Below are positions 42,595-51,773 of a stretch of 64,000 nucleotides of DNA, one piece after another (positions within the stretch are counted from its first letter, which is position 1; each line of letters begins with the position of its first letter). The notes below the pieces were generated by a model that was given only the letters and a program-made list of their open reading frames with translations, did no database searches and was not told the origin of the DNA. Location of the stretch: positions 64,001 through 128,000 of the forward strand of contig JBNKUM010000076.1 of NCBI GenBank assembly GCA_050298595.1, given 5' to 3'. Source of the DNA: Gammaproteobacteria bacterium (GTDB lineage: Bacteria > Pseudomonadota > Gammaproteobacteria > GCA-001735895). The translations under genes and the position numbers were made by a program.

Positions 42595-43187
42595 ATGACC
42601 AATGCCCCATACAAAACACCAAGCGCAGAACTGGCAATCGAAACAGATGAGGAGCAGTTCCAATTTTATGTCGTATCAATCAGGAAATTTACTGTATTGT
42701 TCTTTATAACTACAGGACTTTATGCAATTTACTGGTTTTATATAAACTGGAAAACATACAGGGATTATAGCGGCAAAAGTTTATGGCCCGTTCCTCGCGC
42801 AATATTTAGCATATTTTTCACCCATAGCCTGTACAGCGAAGTCCAGAATTCACTCAATGAAAAGGCAAGACATATAGCTGGAATCCAGGCTCCTTAGCAA
42901 CAATTTACGTAATTTTAGCAATCGTAAGCCAGATTCTAGACAAAATGTCCCAGAAAGATATTGGCTCCCCCTATACCGATGTATTAAGCATACTCATTTT
43001 ACCGTTTATATACGCCGCGTTAGTTAAAGCCCAGAAAGCTATTAATTTCAGCCAAAATGATCCCGAAGGTGACTCCAATAATAATTACACAATTGGAAAC
43101 TACATCTGGATTGCTCTTGGTACAGCTTTATGGATGATGATTATATTTGGTTTTCTAATGATATTCGGAGTTGTAAACCTTGAGTAA
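42595..43187 (+). pseudogene. DUF4234-like membrane protein, frameshifted near 42860
   Basis: PYKTP N-terminus, TTGLYAIYWFYINW; continues in another frame as KTYSWNPGSLAT...MSQKDIG. Confidence 0.65.
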
Positions 43188-43210
43188 AGCTAACAAAATA
43201 AACAGCCTGA
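43188..43210 (+). other. Possible left half of an attC site
   Basis: AGCTAACAAAATAAACAGCCTGA immediately after the stop; no matching right half found. Confidence 0.35.
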
Positions 43211-43318
43211 TAAGTTCATCATCAAGCTATTATTAAATACAACAACCCGGCAGGAACTTTATTGCACTGTACCATATAAAATTCAACTTAAGTGTCACGT
43301 TTGTAGAGGATAAAAACC

Positions 43319-44224
43319 ATGTCATCCATTGAAACACAGTTTCTAAACCTTAAAGAACATCACTCGCAATACTCTGATATCGATCCCAAAACTACTTTAA
43401 ATAAAAGCGCTGCGGGTAAAGTGATTTTTTTGTCCGGCGCATCGCGTGGCATTGGGCAGGCTACCGCAATAGCATTTGCCGAGGCTGGCGCCGAAGCAAT
43501 CTATGTCACAGCACGATCAGAAAAAGCCCTTCTGGATACTAAAGCTAAAATTACAGCGGCAAATCCTGCAACGCAATCTGCATACATGGTTTGTGATGTG
43601 ACAGATGCTGATCAGGTAAAAGCAGCGATTGAAGATTGTGTAGCCAAATTTGGTGGTATAGACGTGGCTGATGCCAATGCCGGTTATCTTGGTCCATGGA
43701 CCAAAATCGGAGAATCTGACATTAGCAGTTGGTGGAATTCCTGGGAAGTTAATGTAAAAGGCAGCTACTTGCTTGCTCGCTTTTGCCTGCCGCATCTTAT
43801 CGAGTCTGCACGTAAGCATTCTGCCAAGGGTTCAACAGGTGGCCATTTAATCCTTATCTCCTCTGTCGGTGCGCAGCTATTGATGCCGGGAGCCTCTGAT
43901 TATCAAACCTCAAAACACGCAATCAATCGTCTGTGCGAATTCATAAATGTTGATCACGGCGATGATGGCATAAAATCTTTTGCCATCCATCCGGGCGGCG
44001 TTGCTACTGATCTGGGCAAAAATATGCCCAGGGAATTGCATCCCTATTTGGTTGATGAACCAGAACTGGCCGCAGGATTCATTGTCTGGCTCTGTTCTGG
44101 TCAGGCTGACTGGGCAAGTGGTCGTTATTTGAGTAGTAACTGGGATGTTAATGAATTACTGCAAATGAAAGAAAAAATCATCAATGATGATTTACTGGTA
44201 AATCGTTTGCGTACCAGGGCTTAA
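43319..44224 (+). CDS. SDR family oxidoreductase
   Basis: SGASRGIG, NAG, YQTSK and IHPG motifs. Confidence 0.92.
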   Translation: MSSIETQFLNLKEHHSQYSDIDPKTTLNKSAAGKVIFLSGASRGIGQATAIAFAEAGAEAIYVTARSEKALLDTKAKITAANPATQSAYMVCDVTDADQVKAAIEDCVAKFGGIDVADANAGYLGPWTKIGESDISSWWNSWEVNVKGSYLLARFCLPHLIESARKHSAKGSTGGHLILISSVGAQLLMPGASDYQTSKHAINRLCEFINVDHGDDGIKSFAIHPGGVATDLGKNMPRELHPYLVDEPELAAGFIVWLCSGQADWASGRYLSSNWDVNELLQMKEKIINDDLLVNRLRTRA

Positions 44225-44344
44225 GGACTGATGTATCGCGTTTGATATTGCTACAGGTTTGCCCTGCCCTTAAAAAAGGGAAACAAGTACGACGATGATC
44301 TGGGCACCGAACTTTGGCTCGAATTTATCCGAATACAAATCTTA

Positions 44345-45187
44345 CTATGGCAGTGCCCACCTTTCTCGGGCATCCATCCAGATCGACTCCAGGCATTTGC
44401 TTTGTTTATCCCATTTTTCGCGCAATATTTTAGCTTCGTCAGATTTTCCTGCGCTGTTTACATCCAGCCACTGAGTTAATAAACCTTTTTCATAATTACA
44501 TTTCTTAAACATAAGCCGTTCAAACTCAGGCGACGTATCAGGAAGCGATTGAGTATCCTGATCGCTCAACCAATAAATATTATCAGATGAGTGAGACTTT
44601 ATTTTCTCAATTAATCTGGCTGCTACATGATTTATTTCCAACCAGTTTATGTATGAATCAAAGACATTCTGATACTGTTCCTGGGCAACGTTAAGGTCAA
44701 GGTTTGCAAATTCAGCTGGATTAAAGTCTGGACGATGCAGTCCAATAGCATCAGCAGAAATTAATCTATTAACCGCACCGACAAGAAGGGCGAAGCAGGG
44801 ACCCGTGCATTTTGGCGTAGCATTATCTGGAGAATTTTCACATTCGTCTGGAAGCCAGGCCGAGGCGTATACCTGCCCAAAGGTATCAGCGATCTTTAAT
44901 GCTTCCGATAAACTACCGCCCTGCAAATCAAGCACAAAGGGTGGATTTTTTTCAATTAGATACCAGGTATTTTGCCTGAGCCAGCTTGAGATTTTTTCAT
45001 TGTCACCCTGCACTATCGAACCGCTTAGAACAATCGCTTTATCTGGAAGCTGGCATCCATTCTGGGTATTGTGTGAATACTGTATATCCAGGGCTTTTAC
45101 ATTGAATGAAAAAAAGCATACCAAAAATAATAAAGCCGACATTTTTCGAGTTAGTGATTTTAACCTGCCCACCATATTTTCCACCAA
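44345..45187 (-). CDS. Secreted ClpP/crotonase-like protein
   Basis: LSGSIVQGD, QGGSLSEALKI, CTGPC and IGLHRP motifs. Confidence 0.65.
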   Translation of the reverse strand: MVENMVGRLKSLTRKMSALLFLVCFFSFNVKALDIQYSHNTQNGCQLPDKAIVLSGSIVQGDNEKISSWLRQNTWYLIEKNPPFVLDLQGGSLSEALKIADTFGQVYASAWLPDECENSPDNATPKCTGPCFALLVGAVNRLISADAIGLHRPDFNPAEFANLDLNVAQEQYQNVFDSYINWLEINHVAARLIEKIKSHSSDNIYWLSDQDTQSLPDTSPEFERLMFKKCNYEKGLLTQWLDVNSAGKSDEAKILREKWDKQSKCLESIWMDARERWALP

Positions 45188-45378
45188 TTAACATTCATAA
45201 TTTAACAATTAATCGCCACCGTCGATACAAACAGATCCCGAAAACCTTCAAGCACGGTGATCATACTCTAGCGTTGATACCTGATTATTTGTAGCGTTTA
45301 AAAAATTTCGACACCGTTGCACCCTGAGGATTCTAGCGCGGCTTGAGGCTGCAATAATAACAGGGAAAGAGAGATTAA

Positions 45379-45916
45379 CTAATCATCTTCCACATTTATC
45401 TGCACAGAGAAATTAAGCGAGCTACTCACACCTGTACCATTGAAACTACCGATTTCTGGCATGGTATCGCGCGAGTGTGCCGCAGCTGCAATAGTGACAT
45501 GAGTGTCCGACACGGGTTCGCCATGAGTCGGATCATATCCGAACCATCCTGTGCCGGGCAGATAGATTTCCGGCCAGGCATGTAGATCACGACATGCCCC
45601 CTGGCGGATCTGCAGGGTTAACGCAGGGCTTTGCCGAGTACCAGAATTACGATGCACCGCAGTAAAATCAGTAAATAGCTTACGGTTGAGTTTATCCACA
45701 AATTGCAGCGGATCACGATTGACGGCAAGGCTGAGCTCTGCTGCAAAAGCGGTAACGGAATCGTCAGTTTCAATACGTTCCAGATAGGCGCTCGCACAGA
45801 TTGAATCATTTTGGTGCAATCCATTGTTGAGCCCCACTGCGCGGACGTAACATTAATTCGAAGGGTGTAGCTTCAGGGATGTCGAAGGTCAATTCGAAGA
45901 AAGTACGGAGCCACAT
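45379..45916 (-). pseudogene. Transglutaminase-family remnants
   Basis: MWLRT...[14 protein letters not shown]-terminus in one frame; GACRDL joined directly to HAWPEIYLPGTGWFGYDPT in another. Confidence 0.75.
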
Positions 45917-46151
45917 AAGCTTTATCTTTCATCACGATACAGAACAGGCATCATACCTTATTTCCTGCTTATCTATCTGTCATAAAATCTGCAACTGGGC
46001 GGCACTAAAAAGGCCAGTTTTCAGGCCAGCAACTACAGACAGGGAGATTCTAGTTTCGAGACAATGGTGTTTATGATCCAGAAGCCAGACTAGTATTCAG
46101 CGGCTATCGGGATGCTACTTAGAATGACCTGATCAGATGTTGCTTAACTTG

Positions 46152-47525
46152 TTAGCGGTTATTATCTAAATCACTCAGGCGGAATGAGGCAGCTTGCAGC
46201 TTGTGCTTGTTCAGCAATTTGTAAAAATCGGTACGATTCCGTTGCGCTAGTCCGGCGGCCCGGGTGACATTACCCTGGGTCATTTGGAGTAAATGGATCA
46301 GGTATTTCTGTTCGAACTCCTGCTGCGCTTCTGACAAGGGTGCTAATACGTCGGTTTTTCCGCGCAAGGCTCGAATAACCAGTTGTTCTGAAATGACTGG
46401 GGTATTACTCAGTACAGCTACCTGCTCTACCACATTGAGTAATTGCCTGATATTACCGGGCCAGGGCGCTGTCATCATAAGCTGCAGGGCTTCGGGTGAG
46501 AACGAACGCGCAACGCAATCATTTGCACTATCCAGTGCTTTGCGTAAGAAATATTTTGCCAGTAATGCAATATCTTCACGGCGTTCGGCTAATGTCGGTA
46601 TTTCGAGCACGACGACGTGCAGGCGGTAGTACAGGTCTTCACGAAAGGTTTTATTTTCCACTGCCTGCTCAAGGTTTACATGCGTCGCCGAGATAATTCG
46701 TACATCAACATCTATAGTCTGGTTACTACCCACCGGACGTATAGTTCTTTCTTCTAGAACGCGTAATAACTTGGCCTGGAAATCTAGCGGCATGTCACCG
46801 ATTTCATCGAGAAACAGGGTGCCCTGATCAGCGGTTTCTATCATGCCGATATGATTAGTATCAGCACCGGTAAAAGAACCTTTTTTATGACCAAATAATT
46901 CTGATTCAAGAAGGTTGTCGGGAATAGCTGCACAGTTAATTGCTACGAACGGTTTGCTACTGCGTTGACTGGCCTTGTGAATAGCCTGCGCAAGTACTTC
47001 TTTACCTGTTCCACTCGCACCCTGGATGAGTATGCTGACATCTGATTTTGCCAGCCGTAATGCCTGCTTCAACAACTCCTCCATTCCCCAGCTCTGGGTG
47101 ATAATGTCTGCACGCCAGGCATGATCCTCCGGGTTATGCTGATCACTGTTATGTGCAGGTGTTTGCTGCAGCGCCTGTTGAATTTCCTTGAGTAATTGCT
47201 GGCTGTCAAAAGGTTTGGTGAGATAACTGAATATACCTTTACGCGTTGCATCGACAGCACCCGCGATAGTGCCATGCGCAGTTAACAGGATGACTGGAAG
47301 CAAGGGATATTCTCGATGGACACGATCAAACAGGGAAAGTCCATCCATGTCGCCCATACGCAGGTCGGTGATAACCAGGTGTGGATGAAATACCCTTAAT
47401 CGAGATAATGCCTGCATTGCATTCTCTGCAGTGTCTATTTCATAACCAGAGCTTTTCAGACGTATCGACAATAGCTTTAACAGACTCACATCATCATCAA
47501 CCAATAGAATTTTATATATTGTCAT
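46152..47525 (-). CDS. glrR: Sigma54-dependent response regulator GlrR/QseF
   Basis: REC domain, GASGTGKE, GSFTGA, and C-terminal RNRTDFYKLL typical of GlrR. Confidence 0.9.
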   Translation of the reverse strand: MTIYKILLVDDDVSLLKLLSIRLKSSGYEIDTAENAMQALSRLRVFHPHLVITDLRMGDMDGLSLFDRVHREYPLLPVILLTAHGTIAGAVDATRKGIFSYLTKPFDSQQLLKEIQQALQQTPAHNSDQHNPEDHAWRADIITQSWGMEELLKQALRLAKSDVSILIQGASGTGKEVLAQAIHKASQRSSKPFVAINCAAIPDNLLESELFGHKKGSFTGADTNHIGMIETADQGTLFLDEIGDMPLDFQAKLLRVLEERTIRPVGSNQTIDVDVRIISATHVNLEQAVENKTFREDLYYRLHVVVLEIPTLAERREDIALLAKYFLRKALDSANDCVARSFSPEALQLMMTAPWPGNIRQLLNVVEQVAVLSNTPVISEQLVIRALRGKTDVLAPLSEAQQEFEQKYLIHLLQMTQGNVTRAAGLAQRNRTDFYKLLNKHKLQAASFRLSDLDNNR

Positions 47526-48115
47526 TGTTGATTATCACTAATAGGGCTGATTACCGAGCGTTCTTTTTTTTCAATTTCAACCTCGATATTTTTCAGCTGA
47601 TTGAGTTGCGATTGAAGGGTGTCAAGCTGGCCCTTAAGGGTTTTATTTTCAACTTCGATTTTTAAGCGATGTTTCTTCTGAGCGCTGATCAGTTTGCGTA
47701 ATTCCAGGCGTTGCTGTACCTGCAGAAACAATTGATTGCTAAAGAAAATATCACGACTTGATAAGGTAGAATCCTGGATCAGTTCCTTTAAGAGCTCAAG
47801 TGCTATTTTATCGTTTTGATTTTTGTCGTCGGGCATACTCAGCATGATAGCCTCACGCAGTTTGACACAGGCCTCTGTCTCTGTTTCGCCCGAGGTATCA
47901 TCAGATACTTTGGTGATTGATTCAGTACTTACCACCGGGTCTTGACCTGCACTATAGTCATCCAGTGCATCAAAATTACAGTAGGTTGGGCAATTTTCCA
48001 AAACGTGAGTCACCACAATGGGTGTTGGGACATTATTAACACTGCTATGCATGCAACTGGTTTGCAATATAAAAATACCGATCAATGTTCCATATATAAT
48101 CTTATTTTCACACAT
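47522..48115 (-). CDS. QseG-like lipoprotein
   Basis: Lipobox LQTSC; coiled-coil QLNQLKNIE; lies between the glrK and glrR homologues. Confidence 0.7.
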   Translation of the reverse strand: MCENKIIYGTLIGIFILQTSCMHSSVNNVPTPIVVTHVLENCPTYCNFDALDDYSAGQDPVVSTESITKVSDDTSGETETEACVKLREAIMLSMPDDKNQNDKIALELLKELIQDSTLSSRDIFFSNQLFLQVQQRLELRKLISAQKKHRLKIEVENKTLKGQLDTLQSQLNQLKNIEVEIEKKERSVISPISDNQQ

Positions 48116-49557
48116 TACGTATTATTAACTCCGGCAGTTTGTCGAGGTAAATTCACCCGTAAATGGGCACCATTTTTTGCATCAATCACTTTGATCGACC
48201 CATGATGTAGTACTACATACCGCTTTGCAATCGCCAGCCCCAGCCCGGTTCCTGATACTGAGCGTTGCTGCACATGGCGTCCCTGATAAAACGGCTCAAA
48301 AATGCGCGCTATATCCAGAGGATCTATTCCTGGCCCACTGTCCATAACATCCAGTTGAACATCTTTATCATTTTCTTTCAATGTTATACGAATAGAGGAT
48401 TTTGAGGGCGAATATTTAATGGCATTTGAAAGCAGGTTATCGATAACAGTAGTCAATTGCACCTTATTCCCTTTCAACTCTATTTTTGCCAGATCCAATT
48501 TAACGTCTACCGAACCCGACATAAGTTCAAGCTGATGCTTGGCAATAACTTTTTCTATCAATTGATCAAACGCGATTAATTCAGTATAGATCGGCTTTTC
48601 CTGACTTAAAGCCAGATTAAAATCGAGTAAGGCTTCGACTTCTTTTTGCAGTTGTAAGCCACTTTTATGCAATATATTAACAATATCATCCTGATCTGAT
48701 GTTAAAGGCCCAGCGACTCTGTCCTGTAACAGGGCAATGCCCTCACTAATAGCTGTCAACGGTGTTTTTAACTCATGAGAAACGTGTTGCAGGAATATTT
48801 TTTTCTGCTGATCAAGTTCAGCTAACTGCTGTCTTAACCAGTCCAGCCGGCGCCCCAGTTGTTGAATATCCTGAGGGCCGTTTACCTGTACGGGGCTAGT
48901 AAAATCCGCACTGCCCAGCTTGTTGATAATACGTCTGAGCTGTTGCAATGGGCGAGTAATTAATACACTAAAAACCGTTGCAATCAACAGCGCCAGCGGA
49001 ATTAAAGCCAGCGCCTGCAATAAAATAAACTGTTGAACACTGTTAATACGTTCGCTCATGTCTGCACTTTTATCATTCACGCTGCTGCTAACATCAAGCG
49101 GTAGGTCGCGTACCAGCACTGCAAGGTCAGACAGGTTTTTTAATGCTGGAGTTTCATCGGGCTGTCGGCTAGCCTGTTGCAGCTTGTCATACAGTTCTGA
49201 TTCTGCAACGGTTAACTGTTCAATACGCTGTAATATAACCGAGCTTAAAGTATTGGAACAAAAGCTCTGTATGCTGCCAAGCAATTGCTTTCGCTGATCC
49301 TGATAGCGCTGTAAAAGCTCAGGTTCACGTAACACCCAGTATTGTCCTGCAGTACGTTCCAGATTAAGCACCTGAGAAACAATAATACGGCTTGATTCAG
49401 TGGTTGAGGACGTTTCAGACAAGGTCTCCTGCATCTTTCGAGACAGTGAGTCAACCTTGTAAAAGGTACTAATCAAGGCAATGGTTAAAGGCAATACTAC
49501 AAGAAAAAAACCAATCAGAATTAATTGTTTGATAGAAGTTGCTATGGAAATGCGCAA
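48115..49557 (-). CDS. glrK: Sensor histidine kinase GlrK/QseE
   Basis: LERTAGQY, HAMP, HVSHELKTPL, NAIKYSP and GTGLGL motifs. Confidence 0.85.
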   Translation of the reverse strand: MRISIATSIKQLILIGFFLVVLPLTIALISTFYKVDSLSRKMQETLSETSSTTESSRIIVSQVLNLERTAGQYWVLREPELLQRYQDQRKQLLGSIQSFCSNTLSSVILQRIEQLTVAESELYDKLQQASRQPDETPALKNLSDLAVLVRDLPLDVSSSVNDKSADMSERINSVQQFILLQALALIPLALLIATVFSVLITRPLQQLRRIINKLGSADFTSPVQVNGPQDIQQLGRRLDWLRQQLAELDQQKKIFLQHVSHELKTPLTAISEGIALLQDRVAGPLTSDQDDIVNILHKSGLQLQKEVEALLDFNLALSQEKPIYTELIAFDQLIEKVIAKHQLELMSGSVDVKLDLAKIELKGNKVQLTTVIDNLLSNAIKYSPSKSSIRITLKENDKDVQLDVMDSGPGIDPLDIARIFEPFYQGRHVQQRSVSGTGLGLAIAKRYVVLHHGSIKVIDAKNGAHLRVNLPRQTAGVNNT

Positions 49558-49664
49558 GATATCGGCCCAACTTGAATGGTTTGAATCAGCTATAATTTTA
49601 TCGTATTAAGCCTGTTGTTATCACAACTATGTCACTTTAAACTGCGTCTTATTTACTATTAATC

Positions 49665-49749
49665 TGTCGCTAATTAGAGACACCATAAAACGGCATTGCA
49701 AAGCCATTACTGCCTGACTGTCAAATATAACTGTCTGTATTCAGCGACG
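49665..49749. promoter_or_regulatory. GlrR-type enhancer sites TGTC-N10-GACA
   Basis: Perfect site at 49665-49682; one-mismatch site at 49732-49749. Confidence 0.7.
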
Positions 49750-49780
49750 AAGTCTTCCATCAAAAATAATTAATTTTTTT

Positions 49781-49829
49781 ATAACTAACTGATATTTAAT
49801 AATAAATACTGGTTGGCTCAGGACATGCT
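49781..49829 (+). promoter_or_regulatory. IHF-like site and sigma54 -24/-12 promoter
   Basis: TATCAGTTAGTTA on the minus strand; TGGCTCAGGACATGC with GG-N10-GC at 49815-49828. Confidence 0.65.
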
Positions 49830-49903
49830 CTACTCTCTTCCGACGGCAGGACTTATCAGTTTTGCCAATAAACTGTTAACAAAATATTTAGGAGACTTCG
49901 TTT

Positions 49904-50134
49904 ATGTTAAAAAAATTAACTCTGATTGCTATGGTTGTACTTTTTTCTGCTGCATCGGTCGCTGAAGAACAAACTATGTACAATAAACTGGATACCAATA
50001 ATGATGGTGCCATTAGCCCGATAGAAGCCGTGGCAATGCCGAACTTGAATGACAAGTGGGTAGAACTGGATACAAATGCTGATGGACAGTTAGACCAGGC
50101 TGAATTCGCTAAATTTGAAGAAATTTCTGAATAA
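49904..50134 (+). CDS. Small secreted EF-hand protein
   Basis: GGAG RBS, signal peptide, DTNNDGAISPIE and DTNADGQLDQAE loops. Confidence 0.88.
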   Translation: MLKKLTLIAMVVLFSAASVAEEQTMYNKLDTNNDGAISPIEAVAMPNLNDKWVELDTNADGQLDQAEFAKFEEISE

Positions 50135-50238
50135 CTGACTGCTTATTTCTGATTTTTCGTTAACGAAAATCTTATGTTCCCATTGAAGATCAGCCCTTGA
50201 CTTCCACTCTTTCCACTCGGGAAAGATTTTACCAGGCT

Positions 50239-50778
50239 CTACTCTTTCTCAGTCAGGGATAGAGTCTGGTTACTTTTTTGCATGACAAGTTGCGTCGGTT
50301 CAATATCCAGGCCAGTTTGTTGTTCTTGCGGTATACATTGATTCAAGGAAAGCATCGGCGGATCAAACGACATCGCAAATGGTGCTGCACGCATTAACGT
50401 AGAGATACCGATTATTTGACGGGAGTTGCCGTTTATCATGACGGCTTGAACATCCTTGATCAAACAGTTACCCCCAAGGTTTATTGACTCAATTCTATAC
50501 AGGGGAACCACTCTCTCCGAACCATCAGCCATTTTGCCGCGTAATTCCTTAACAAAGTGAGCCTGGCCACTACTACTAAGGCTCGTGAGCGTTGTTTCAT
50601 TGATCACTGAATAAGCTGAACCTGTATCTACCAACATGGAATACTCACCAACGCCGGGAATCTCAGTATCGATATAGTAGGTATGCGCACCAAAGGTTTG
50701 CATTGGAATCAACTGCTCGGGGCTTGCCACAACCTTGGTAGAGGCTAATAAAATTAATGCTACGAGTAATCTGTTCAT
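50239..50778 (-). CDS. Secreted retropepsin-like aspartic protease
   Basis: LVDTGS, MADG and IIG motifs. Confidence 0.85.
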   Translation of the reverse strand: MNRLLVALILLASTKVVASPEQLIPMQTFGAHTYYIDTEIPGVGEYSMLVDTGSAYSVINETTLTSLSSSGQAHFVKELRGKMADGSERVVPLYRIESINLGGNCLIKDVQAVMINGNSRQIIGISTLMRAAPFAMSFDPPMLSLNQCIPQEQQTGLDIEPTQLVMQKSNQTLSLTEKE

Positions 50779-51773
50779 CACTTTTCCAATTCTCAACTAG
50801 CCGAGAGTCACTTTTCTATGCATAGATAAACCTCATCAATAACGCTCACCTATATTTCATACTACAACTAATGTATGCATGCCTTTAAATTGTAGTTAAA
50901 TGCTAGCGCTTTGATGGAATGAGAGTCACAAAACCGAGGAACGGGGGTAAATAGAAGACTGTCGGTGCTCAGGGATGAATCATTTGCAGGCAATTATTAG
51001 GAAGCATAAGCGCAACATCATTCCCTCATAAGCATCCACAACATGCCTCATCCTACTCGACTAGATAGATTTTGTTTGCATGAAAAGGAGAGGAATGGAC
51101 CAGAAAATGTGCACTATAAAGCAATATCGCCAACATACTTAACCAGTGGCCCAGCTTAAAAGCATCATAAAAACTAAGGAAACAACCAGAGTCTGGTACG
51201 TAAAAAATTTTATTCGTATCTGGAATCGGCTGATGGGTGGCCCCCAGTTATTCAATGATATTGGCTATCTGTGAATTTGATGGTACAACAACGAGTTAAC
51301 AATCGTCCGGGGCGAATAGGATCCAAAACGGTAAAACTTAGGCCTAAGCCGCATCCATTGCCAAATACACTCGGTCTCTGGCCAGAAATCAGTCAAGGTT
51401 TTAGGCCCCCTAAGCGGCTTAAGCAAGTCATATTCGCTTCTTCGATCCGGACCACCCGTAGTCGGCGCATAAGAAATCAAGGGCTGCGAATATAGAGGCC
51501 GCATCGATAATGACATAAGTAAGGGGGAATCAACGAATCTGCCCCCCGTTATTCATGGATAAATTTAAACTGGTCAGGCAAAATATAGTCTAAACTTACT
51601 AGTAATGAATTTGACAAGCCTGTGATGAAGGATAACCACTCAAACCACAATATATTTAAGGATGATTTAATCATTCGATCCGAGTTAACTCTATAAAATG
51701 CTATGGTGAAGATATCACTAATAAGCAGAAAAATTTTATTTCACGCTATTTTACCCTTGCAGCTTTAGTATCG

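Noticed and set aside
51265-51516. Overlapping short ORFs on both strands
   Set aside because: No recognisable motif or RBS; neither frame can be supported.
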